Source: Chloropicon primus
Taxonomy: Eukaryota
NCBI GenBank assembly: GCA_023205875.1
Contig: CP060759.1
Coordinates: 124,001-188,000, forward strand
Reading direction: 5' to 3'
Length of the DNA: 64,000 nucleotides
In this document: positions 54,621 to 64,000 of the stretch, one piece after another
Position numbering within the stretch: the first letter of the stretch is position 1
Layout: the number at the start of each line of letters is the position of its first letter
Translations under genes and position numbers: made by a program
Notes under the pieces: generated by a model
Seen by the model: only the letters and a program-made list of their open reading frames with translations
Told to the model about the DNA's origin: nothing
Databases searched by the model: none

Positions 54621-55406
54621 ACACAAAGAAGAGACAGCGAAGAGGTGGGTCTGGTCTTGACGAACTTGAACACAAAACCAAAGGATTACTACTACTAGTG
54701 GAGTGATCCGAGGACAACGGAGGTCTGACCACCATGTGTCCATCCCAAACACAGCAATCAGGGGCAAGACCACGAAACTACTCGTGTACGACCAGGTGGT
54801 AGACCATGAACTCGTCGTTTTTTTTGACGTTTTGAATTCTTCTTCGCGACGCAGCCAAACTGGCGCTCCCCAGGCCAAGTCCTTACAAGGGTTCTCTACA
54901 CGTTTTCGTTTTCGTCCAGGACATTCTTCTTGGTGTGTTTCTTGCGTCGCCCAGGAGTCGTTGGTCTGCCCTGCCCTCCCCCCTCCCGTCGTCAACCGAA
55001 GTCTTTCCTAAGGGTGGGTAATGCCAATGCCGTCGTCTTTCCCATGTGTGCTGCGTCGTCACACGAGGACGAGCTACTCGTACTCTTACCCTCTTCCCTC
55101 AGGAGGAGGAAAGGAGTTTACCTTTCTTTCCGCAAGAATTAATGATATCGTCTGTTCAAGAACGGTCAAAACAATCGCTTATCTCTTCTGTCCTCCTCTG
55201 TCTCTGTCCAATTCTAGGAGTACTTACTCCGAGAACTGCCCACACTTCCTCGACTATACTTTTGAACCCCCTCCTCCTCCTCCTCTCGCGAGCTGTCGAG
55301 CGCGCTTCCCTTCCCTTCACGACAGGGGAGAGCCTCGGCCAACAAGACCAAGGCGTCGTCTTGCTTCATACAGCTTCATACCTTTGGGTGGTTGTGCACC
55401 TTAAAG

Positions 55407-56358
55407 ATGCAAGCGGTGAGGCACGGCAGGAGGCAGAGTGTGGGAGGGGGAGAACCGCCAAAGGTTCAGCAGGACTTGGCGTTGTCCTCAGCCGAGGACG
55501 ACGAGGTGGAGAAGAAGGTAAAGCGATACGAAGAGAGGTGACTCGCCCCTCGAGAGTGCGTGCGTGTGTCCTAGTTTTGCAGATCACGGTGCTGACCACC
55601 TTCTGGTTCGCGGACTTGCAGGAGCAAAGGCCCGCACAGTCGAACTCGAACTCCTTCTCGAGGGACTTGTCCTCGGACAACGAGCTGAACTTGGGCGACA
55701 ACGGCAAGGAGTTAGACGTGGCCGAGAAGAAGCGTTTCGCGGGGGTGTCGAGGAGAAAGTCCATATCTTACGACCAAGACGAGTACAAGAAAGCTTCTGC
55801 GGAGGAGCAGAGGAGGGAGCGGAACAGGAAAAAGTTCGAGGAGACCGAACTCGTGGATGACGTGAGTAGCAAAGCGCCCCCTCCTCCGGGACCTCGCTCT
55901 ACTCGACTCCCCGACTGACAACCGAACTTTCTTTTCTTTTGCGTGTTTCTGCCTCTCGGCAGATCTTGGAGATCCCTGAGCTCGGGGACGATGGCGAGGG
56001 GGACATCACCACCCAAGTCGCTGCGCCTCCGAAGGAGTTCAGGCAGCACAGGATGCAGACCATCTCGCAGCTGGACAGGGACGTGCAGTACCATCTGCCG
56101 ACCACGAACATAGACTTGTCCATGCTCACCATGACCCTCTCTCCGGCAAACAAGGTAAGAAGGTGCCCTCGTTCGTTGGAAATACTCGTACAAATTACAA
56201 TAAGCCCTTTAGCTGTTAGCTGACAACCCCCTCGCATCATCTTGTTTTTGGTGCTCTGGCGACTCCAGGTGGAAGAAGACGACGTGCTGTGGACCGGCGA
56301 ATCACTCCTCCAAGACCTTGCCAGCTCAATGGACGTGGTGGAATCCGTGTCGTCGTGA
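55407..56358 (+). CDS. IFT43: Intraflagellar transport complex A protein IFT43; exons 55407-55517, 55622-55861, 55963-56154, 56269-56358
   Basis: Three phase-0 GT-AG introns. ILEIPEL...DITTQVAAPP...RMQTISQLD...IDLSMLTMTLSP...|VEEDDVLW...LLQDLAS matches the IFT43 domain. Confidence 0.88.
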
Positions 56359-56417
56359 CCTTGCTTGGACACCGGGTCTTTTACATGTGTAATATAGCGC
56401 TTCTTTTTTTTGTTCTA

Positions 56418-58124
56418 CTACTCCAGCACTCTCAGAAGCGCGTGAAGTTCTGACTTGAGGCTGCTCAGCTGCTGCTTCACGTCCGGCTCCACCTCGAGCG
56501 CCGGAGGGAGCTCCGGTTCAAGGGGGCTGGTCGCAAAAGGATTGCCCGTCGAGCGGGCCACCGTGTTCAGCTGATGGGCCACAAGGGCGCTCGGTTGATG
56601 CTGGACGCGGGTCTCCTCTTCTGGTGGTGGCGGCGCAATGGACAACGGCCGCGATTCGCTCTTCAGGCTTGTGTACAATTTTTCCAGCGAGTCGTAGACC
56701 TTGTCGATCTCCTCCGCGTACTCGTCCAGCTGTACCTGCTCGTTTTGGGCCTTGTTCAGCTGCTTCATAAGGGTGTTCAGTAACCGCTCCTCCCTCTTGA
56801 TGAGGTCGTCGGTGTGCTGCTTCTCTGATTCTACTGCCGTCAAAGCGTCGTCCTTCGCCCTGCTCAGCGCGACTTTGAGTGTGCCGACCTCAGTTGTCTT
56901 CTCTGACACGAGGGATTCTAAATTCTGCAGCTTGGAGTTGATGTCCTTCATCGAGGCCTCGTGCATCGCGCGGGTAGCCTGGAGCTCCGCTGCATTGTCT
57001 GCCTTGGCCCTCTTCTCCTCCTCCAGGGTCTTTCGCAACCGCACGAGCTCGGCCTGCATGGATTTGGGATCCGTGGGAATCGGTTCCGGTGGCGCGGCTG
57101 GGGACCTCGCCCCCACCTCCGTGCCTTGCGCCTGGGCGCTCGATGCCCCTGCCTCTTGGGCTTCAGCTTTGGCGGGCGTGGGACTCGACATCGCGGCCAC
57201 CGACGGGGTGGGCTGTTGAGGAAACCCGAACTGAAGCCTGTCATTTTGCCTTCGTATCTTGTCCACCTTCTCGCCAATCTGCTGAAACTCCTGCTTCAGG
57301 ACGGAGAGGGCGTCCTCCCTCAGGGGAGACACGAGGCTCGTCGTGTTCGAGGCGAACATGCTGTTGCCTGACTTCACGCGCGACGACAGGAACGGGTTCG
57401 TGTTCTTCTGCTCCTTCCTCATCGTCTCGATCTTCTTGCCCAGCTCCCCTATGCCCTCCTTCAAGTTCGCTATCGTCTTGCTGTTCAGCTTCTTGTTCTT
57501 GTTCAAGGGGCTGGCGTACAAACTGGTTGGAGACTTCAAGGACGGCGAATAAGTGATGGGGATCTTGCTTTCGCTCATGCTCGAGGGCGGAACCTCGGGC
57601 CTCGTAGTGAAGGACCCAACGCTGTTCGGAGCCTTCTGAGCAGTTGCCAGCATGTCGTTGAACTGGAACTTCTCGTTGAAGTACCCAAGGAGGGACCTCT
57701 TCTCGCTGTACGTTCGCAAGCCTTCAAGAAGCACGGCCAGCTTGGCCTCGACGGTGTCGAAATCAATCGTTTTCTCCTTTATGGGCTCAATCCAAGTCAT
57801 GAGAAGTCCGACCTCCTCGTGAGAGAGGGGCTCAGGAAGAACGCAAGAGTTGATGTGCCTCCTGAACTCGTATCTCGTCATCCTGTGCTTGGCCGTGCGG
57901 CTCGCTTGACTGAAGGCGCTCTTCAGCAACTCCTTGTTCGCCTTCAGGGGTCCGAAGAGCAAATTGGCCCAAGGTCGTGTCAGTCCCATCACTGGGTGCT
58001 GGAGGTTGGGGGGGACGGGGCTTCGGGGCGGGTTCAACTTACCGGAATTGCCCAAAGAAGGGAGGCCTTCCTCAGTATCTGGCTCAGGTCGTGAGCCGAG
58101 ACGTTGTCCATCTTTGCTTTGCAT
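56418..58124 (-). CDS. Uncharacterised protein with a degenerate EF-hand-like region and C-terminal coiled coil
   Basis: Long ORF with coding-like composition. LKSAF...MTRYEFRR...LSHEEV...IDFD is EF-hand-like. 5' end uncertain; upstream splice signals are present. Confidence 0.55.
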   Translation of the reverse strand: MQSKDGQRLGSRPEPDTEEGLPSLGNSGKLNPPRSPVPPNLQHPVMGLTRPWANLLFGPLKANKELLKSAFSQASRTAKHRMTRYEFRRHINSCVLPEPLSHEEVGLLMTWIEPIKEKTIDFDTVEAKLAVLLEGLRTYSEKRSLLGYFNEKFQFNDMLATAQKAPNSVGSFTTRPEVPPSSMSESKIPITYSPSLKSPTSLYASPLNKNKKLNSKTIANLKEGIGELGKKIETMRKEQKNTNPFLSSRVKSGNSMFASNTTSLVSPLREDALSVLKQEFQQIGEKVDKIRRQNDRLQFGFPQQPTPSVAAMSSPTPAKAEAQEAGASSAQAQGTEVGARSPAAPPEPIPTDPKSMQAELVRLRKTLEEEKRAKADNAAELQATRAMHEASMKDINSKLQNLESLVSEKTTEVGTLKVALSRAKDDALTAVESEKQHTDDLIKREERLLNTLMKQLNKAQNEQVQLDEYAEEIDKVYDSLEKLYTSLKSESRPLSIAPPPPEEETRVQHQPSALVAHQLNTVARSTGNPFATSPLEPELPPALEVEPDVKQQLSSLKSELHALLRVLE

Positions 58125-59210
58125 CTTCGCATTCGACTGTCGAGGAGGACCTTGTGCCTGTTCACAGTTTTCCCATTCATTCCAGAAGAAGAGGAAGGCA
58201 AACAGAGTCAGAACCAAAGGGCCTGGTGGTCAGAGACCCGCTTTCCCCTTCCAACACCCACTGGGGCTGGTTGTTGTTGGCGTCCTCCCAGTGTCCCGTG
58301 CCTTGGGTTGTCCCACGAAAATGTCCTAACCACAATAAGTTCTCCCTTACCTTGCGCTCGCCATGGTCTGAGACGGCGAGACCGAGGCCGAGGCCGAGGC
58401 CGGTTGCGGTGTCTCTGTCGTCATGTCCTCCCTCTTGTCCTCGTGTCTCACGTGAGACGAAGGTGTGCCCCAAAGCTGGCGTCTTGGTCAAGGCGACGAG
58501 GCCCCTCCAAAGGATTGTATGTCGTATTGTGCCCTAACATCTCCCACCGAAGTGGAACGGCAAAGGCTTCACCTTTCAGGCTTCAGGTGGATCCTAAATC
58601 ATGAATGGCGGAGAACATCGGGTGGGAGGAGACAATGGGACAATTCTTGTGTTCACACCGCCGTGACATGTAAGTCTCGTCACTCTTCTGTCGTCGTCGG
58701 CGTTCCTTCCCTTTTTTCAAGGCACGCGGCCAAAAGTGTCCTTGGTATTTCTCTTCTTCTTTGGGGTGGGTCTGGGTCTGCTTCCTCTGCGTCCCTTCTT
58801 CTTCTTCTTCTTCTCGTTGGTCATTGCGATTGCCGCGAGGATCACGAGCGCACGTTTCGCTTCTCTGTGTGGATGTCGCACACGCTCCGGTTTCCTGGTC
58901 CCGGCACAAGGTGGTGCCCCTCCCACTTCACCGCAACCGGTGCGTCGGCGAGGGAGGGGGGGGAATCGCCGTCGTCGACACGGCGTCGCGGTCCGAGGGG
59001 AAGGGACTCCTTCACGAGGGGCGGCAGACTCATTCAGTGGCCTTATTGTAAATTACAAATAAAGAATGTGTATCAAAACAAAGGGTGTGTGCGGCCTCCG
59101 ATCCGTGCGTCGTCTTGTTCATATTTTTAAAGGAGAATCGCAAGCGACAAGTCGACCAAGGACGGACAGAGGCAGGACCCTTCAAACCCGTACCCGCGGA
59201 GCCTCACTCC

Positions 59211-59747
59211 TTAGAAGAAGGCGGCGCCCGACTTGGCCTCGATGGCGATCAAGAGGGCGAAGCCGATCATGGCGGCACGGCCGTTCAACATCTCGGCCTC
59301 AGGGGAGAAGAAGGCGAAACTTTCCTTCTTGACTCCCTTGAAGATCGGGATGAGCGAAGCGGCAGCGAACATGATGAACGCGAACAAGATGGATGGCTCC
59401 GCGTCACCAATCTGCTGGAAGATGGACTCCCCGGAGGAGGCCTCGGCACCGAGGGCGGCGATGAAGCCGAGCATCGCCAAGCGCCCGTTGATGGTCTCTG
59501 GGCCCGCGCCGGAGAACGCCATGGCCTCCCCGAAGGACACGTCCTTCTTGGCTGGCGGTGGTGGCGGTGGTGGCGGTGGGGTCGCCGAGGAGGAGTTCGC
59601 GGACTCGGTCGGGGCGGACTGAGCCGGCTCCTCGGCGGAGCGCACGACCACGCGACCGGCGCGCCTCGCGAGCGCCCTCCTGGCGGGAAGCGCCCTGGCG
59701 GCGGCGGTGGCGGTGGTCAAGAAGCTCTTCGTGCTGACGGCCTGCAT
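59211..59747 (-). CDS. ELIP: Early light-induced protein (ELIP/Cbr, LHC-like)
   Basis: Transit peptide; two LHC motifs PETINGRLAMLGF and AEMLNGRAAMIGF. Confidence 0.93.
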   Translation of the reverse strand: MQAVSTKSFLTTATAAARALPARRALARRAGRVVVRSAEEPAQSAPTESANSSSATPPPPPPPPPAKKDVSFGEAMAFSGAGPETINGRLAMLGFIAALGAEASSGESIFQQIGDAEPSILFAFIMFAAASLIPIFKGVKKESFAFFSPEAEMLNGRAAMIGFALLIAIEAKSGAAFF

Positions 59748-60062
59748 CTTTCTTGTAGGTGTTCGTTCGTGTTTGTGTTTGTGTTTATGTTCGTGTTCGT
59801 GCGACGCTACGCTGCTCAATTATGGCAGCGTCCTCTCTCCCAAGACCTCCCTAACACCTCCTGCTCCCCTGGGCGATTCTCAGCCAGGAGTTGAAAATCT
59901 CAAGATCTCCTGGCTGAGATTTCTGGCCTCAAATTCTCTGCCAACCAAGTGTGACGAGGACAGGGACAAAAAAGAATATCTTGGCCATTGCCTTCCTCCC
60001 TCCTCCTCCATCCTCGCGCCGTCCAGGCCCCTTCGTCTCCTTCCTCCTCCCCGTCGCCACCA

Positions 60063-61801
60063 CTAGTTGTTGTTGTTGTTGTTGTTGTGGTACTGCCCCC
60101 CGAAGGTCTTGGAGTCCTTGGCGGCGACCTCGATGGCGAGGGAGGCCCTCTCCAGGGGCCGGAGGCTCTTGAGGACGTCCTCGGACCGCCACCTCGCCAT
60201 GGCGAGGATCTCGTCCACCTCCCTCCCCTTGCCCCGCATCTCCTCGGTGCACTCCGGCGCGCGGAACGCGGCGGCCATCTGGTGCCTCGCCTCCCCGAAG
60301 ACGTCCCTCTGCGTCACGATGTGTTGCCTGATCTCGCTCGTCGCGTGCCTCACCAGCTTGGCCTCCTTGCTGATCGCGAAGACCTCCGCCTCCAGGATGG
60401 AGCAGTACTCCACCGCCCGCTGGAACTGCTGGGGGAGCTTGGGCTTCCTCTTGAACTCCTCGGTGAGCTCGGCGTCCGGCGGGAGCTCGCCGTACACGCT
60501 CCTGAAGGCCTGGTTCTCCTTGTTCACCACGTCCGCCGCGTCGGTCAGGGCGGCGATCTGCTCCTTGAGCCTCGAGATCTCCTCGTCCCTCTTCCTCAGG
60601 AGCTCCTCGGCCTCCGTTCCCCCGTAGCCCACGTGCACCCTGGGCTTGTTCTTGATGAACTTGGCGCGGGTGCCGAACCTCAGCGTGGAGACCGTCTCCG
60701 CGAGGTTGAAGCTCGAGGGGCTGCAAGCGATGATCAGGGAAGCTCTGGAGGTCCCCCCCAAGGAGTCCTGCAGGATTCTCGTCAGCTTGGAGTCCCTGTA
60801 CGGCACGTGGGCGTTCAGCTTGCGCTCCGTCAGGGTCTTGATCACGATCCCGAGCGAGGTCAGGCTCTTGTTGATCTGCTTGGCCTCCTGGAGCCTCTGG
60901 TCGGTCGCCCCGGTCTTCCTGACCATCTCCGAGCCCGCGAGGTCGACCAGAAACAGCTTGCCGGTCTTGATCGTGAAGTCGTTCACGTTCTTCGCCGCCA
61001 AGCTGATCATGCAGATCGCGTGGCTCCTGCTGCTCTCGACGTTCATCGACGTCCCGGAGACGTGCCTCTTGTGGGACCCCCTCTCCAGAATCTTCAGCAG
61101 CTCGAGGTCGCTGTTCACCACGATCTCCGTGGCCCCGTCCACGTAAACACCCCGCTGCAGGTCCACCCTGATCCCCAAGTTGTTCTTCGTGTTCGTGGCG
61201 TCCAGCAGGTCCCTTATTTTCTCCATGTAGATCTCTACGTAAGACACCGTCACGGTGTACTCGGTGCTCTCGTCGCTCTTCGACTCGATTCTGTCGAAGA
61301 TGTGCTCGACCGCTCTGGGGATCACCCCCCTCAGGTCCTCCGCGTCCTTGTCCTTCTTCGGCTTTCCCTCCATGGTGTACGTCTTTCCGCCTCCCGTCTG
61401 GCCGTACGCGAACACGGTCGCATAGTACCCGCTGAAGAGGTCCTCGATCAGTGGCCTCGCCGCAAGGTTGTACACCTCGTCCTGGGTGGAGTTCTGCTTG
61501 AACACCTTGTCGAACGTGTACATCTGGCTCTCGTTCTTCTTCTCAGGCGTCATCACAGCGATCGTCTTCTCATCCTTGTCGAACTTTATCGCCTCGTGGC
61601 CCTTGTTCTTGTCCTCGATGCTGTTCTGCGGCCTGAACCGGGCGAAGACCTGAATCCCCGTGCCCTTCTTCGCATCCTTCTTCGTAGAGGGAATCTGTGG
61701 CAACAACACAAAGCCGAGGACAAGTCGTCAGTGAGTCTTCCCGTGCACGACGAGCACTTGCGCGCCCCCTTCCCCGCCGTCTGCATGACGCTACTCACCA
61801 T
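60063..61801 (-). CDS. Kinesin-1-like motor; probable exons 61801-61799 (ATG) and 61694-60063
   Basis: IQVFARFRP, YGQTGGGKTYTM, VSYVEIYME, NVESSRSH, LVDLAGSE, HVPYRDSKLTRILQDSLGG, ETVSTLRFG. 5' exon structure uncertain. Confidence 0.9.
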
Positions 61802-62047
61802 CTCGACCCCCACGAGTCCGTGAACTCTCCCTAATCCCTGCGAGTGATCTAGGCCAGCTCCTGGTGCCTCATAAAATCCCAACCTTTCGCCGCCCCTTGG
61901 TCTTCCCCTTCTCGCTCGAAACCCAAGGCCTCAGCTCACAGTAGTAGTTGGCACCCACCCGAAGCCCCAAGACCAAGGCACCAGTCAGTCGATTCGACAA
62001 ATCCGGGACGAGCTCCGGTCCTCCGCTCTCTCGTCAATCACCAGCGC

Positions 62048-62081
<34 letters not shown>

Positions 62082-62931
62082 AACCAACCGGCCAAAACAC
62101 AAACGATGGAGCTGCTGATTTAGTACCAAGTGTTCTTACCAGTACGACGGTATTGGTGTTCTGTTCGATCGAGGGGTGGAGCGAAAGCTCACCAGGCGGT
62201 GATCCCGTCACCTAATTCGGGGTCTCTCCGCATCACCTCTCTCCCTTGGCTCTGCCATCGCGGGCGAAGAACTCACCTCAAACTGCTGCTGTTGTGGAGA
62301 GCCCACCAGAATCTGAATCACTTCCTCGCTTCGTCCAATATCTTCTACTGCGGCATTCCTTTCGAGAGTTGAACAAGCGGAGGGCGAAGATCTCGGCATC
62401 AGTATTCCTGAGAGTCCCGCTGCCTCCACACCCGGGCTCCGCACGTGCCGGAGCAAACACCTACCTCGGTCTCCCAGTCTCTAGCCGGACAAAAAAATGA
62501 AACCTCATCAGTCTCTCTCATCCTCGTTCGTCCATCATTCCGAGCGAGGGAGATACCTCTCGAAAGAGGAGAGGGTGAGAAATCCACTGACATCCCTCCC
62601 CGCCTCGCCTCTCCTCACCCTCGCACCTGTTTTCGCACATCACTCACCGTCCTCCCAACTCTCTAACCGTCGCTTGTCCATGGGACGCGTGTCCTGTTCT
62701 GTGGACAGAAGGGCCTCTCAAGGGGGATCGATCGATCCGAAGCGTACGGTAAGTGACGAGCGGCGTGGACGACGAGGGGGAGAAGCTTCGGGGGAGTTAA
62801 GGGCGACGATGAGATCGATCGTCTCTTGCTCTTTCGAAAGAGCCCTCTCTCGAAGGAAACGACGCTGTGGTGAGGATTCTGAGCCTGAAGAACTGACTCG
62901 ATTGAATTGAAGTGTGCAGAAGAGGGAAGGG

Positions 62932-63975
62932 ATGAAGTTGGCGGTGGCGAGCAAGTGCGGGGCTTGCGGGGGGCAGGTGAGGTCGCGGGCGCTGAGGCGA
63001 GAAGGTCCGGGGAGGTCTGCGTCGCGGTGGTCCCGGGGGACTCGGGGGCACGGAACACAATACTCGGGAGAATGCGGCACTGCACTGCGGGCGCAAGGTT
63101 TGCAGGTGGGCGACGTCGAGCGCACGAGGCTCGTCCCGGCTCCTCCGAAGACGGGTGGGGGCTTCGGGGCGAAGGGAAGGAGCTACGTGGAAAGGTTCGA
63201 CGTCCAAGGGTGCGAGACGATACCCGGGAGCGCTAGCGGGCAGGTGATATCCCCCATAGTCGTGACCAAAATCGTGGAGTCCTTGGCCATTGGGCACTTT
63301 CAGACGCTGTCGGGGGACACGAGCGACGTCCCGAGGTCGAAGGAGATGAAAGATCTTGACCTGACATTCATGCTGTCAAGGATCACGTTCTCGTTCTGCG
63401 ACCTGCCGGCGAGGGGGGACGCCGTGGAAGCCGAGACTTGCTTCAAGCCCCAGAAGGTGAGTTTCAAGAGGGACTTTGCGGTGAGGAACAAAACCAGTGG
63501 GAAGCTCGCCGCGGCCGCCACGAGCACTTATGTGCTGGTGAACGTGAAGACCCGGAAGCTCTTCATCGCGCCGAAGGAGATGATCGACTTGTACAAGGAC
63601 ACGAGCACGAAAGACACGAGTGCGCAGCTGGGCGTGCCCAACCTCCCGAAGAAATCGAAGCTGGGGAGTTTCACTTCGGAGGAGGCCAAGCTGAGCAGCT
63701 CGTTCGTCGTGGAGCAGTCGGACATCGACTTGAATGGGCATGTGGGCGCGTCCGTGTACATTCATTGGATACTGGACTCCGCTGTCGAGGAGGGCGTCCG
63801 CCTGGACGCCATAAGCACCTTGGACATCGAGTACAAGGAAGAGTGCTTTCTCGGGGAGAACATTGAGTGCTACACTCAAACGACCACGGGCGAGGACGGC
63901 GGGAGGGAAATCAATCACTTGGTGCAAACGCAGGAGGGAAAGATTCTGTTGAGGGCGAAATCACTCTGGCACTAA
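62932..63975 (+). CDS. Acyl-ACP thioesterase-like protein (double hot-dog fold), plastid
   Basis: Transit peptide; LPARGDAVEAET, RDF, ATSTYVLVNVKTRKL, SDIDLNGHV...YIHW, LDIEYKEEC, ILLRAKSLW. Confidence 0.8.
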   Translation: MKLAVASKCGACGGQVRSRALRREGPGRSASRWSRGTRGHGTQYSGECGTALRAQGLQVGDVERTRLVPAPPKTGGGFGAKGRSYVERFDVQGCETIPGSASGQVISPIVVTKIVESLAIGHFQTLSGDTSDVPRSKEMKDLDLTFMLSRITFSFCDLPARGDAVEAETCFKPQKVSFKRDFAVRNKTSGKLAAAATSTYVLVNVKTRKLFIAPKEMIDLYKDTSTKDTSAQLGVPNLPKKSKLGSFTSEEAKLSSSFVVEQSDIDLNGHVGASVYIHWILDSAVEEGVRLDAISTLDIEYKEECFLGENIECYTQTTTGEDGGREINHLVQTQEGKILLRAKSLWH

Positions 63976-64000
63976 GCGTGTTTAAGTGTCTTCATTTTTT

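Noticed and set aside
62405..62425. ctgagagtccc resembling a TPP riboswitch core (also gggtaatgcc near 55016)
   Set aside because: The remaining conserved elements (GAACCTGA...TAATGCC...GGGA) are not adjacent and no thiamine gene is nearby.

Overview
This is eukaryotic nuclear DNA: very gene-dense, GC-rich and intron-poor. It has short GT-AG introns with CTRAC-like branch points, TGTAA poly(A) signals, plastid transit peptides and an OPR protein, which points to a compact picoplanktonic chlorophyte. It resembles Chloropicon, but that is inference. I can support about 36 protein-coding genes. Membrane traffic: ATG22-like, SYP32/Sed5, VPS16, VPS11, SEC62, P4-ATPase, kinesin-1-like, IFT43. RNA processing: TGS1, FIP37/WTAP, TruA, LSM6, OPR. 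Plastid: uL29c, PsbY, ELIP, lumenal FKBP, DCC, PRXL2-like, acyl-ACP thioesterase. Redox and metabolism: fRMsr, uricase, SOUL, JmjC, GT32. Ubiquitin/SUMO and cell cycle: AXR1, RING, Rad60-like, TSO1/LIN54. I recognised no rRNA, tRNA, CRISPR array or transposase. Highlights: (1) a spliced gene, split in the ORF track, fusing a PNK-like P-loop kinase, a PAM2 (PABP-binding) motif and an FCP1-type HAD domain; (2) an inverted, truncated JmjC paralog whose 74/77-nt conserved arm lies just downstream of the DCC gene; (3) recurrent intergenic duplications with about 175-200 bp spacing; (4) a recurrent intergenic motif CTTTCGATCGA. All family calls come from motif recognition by eye, not database searches.
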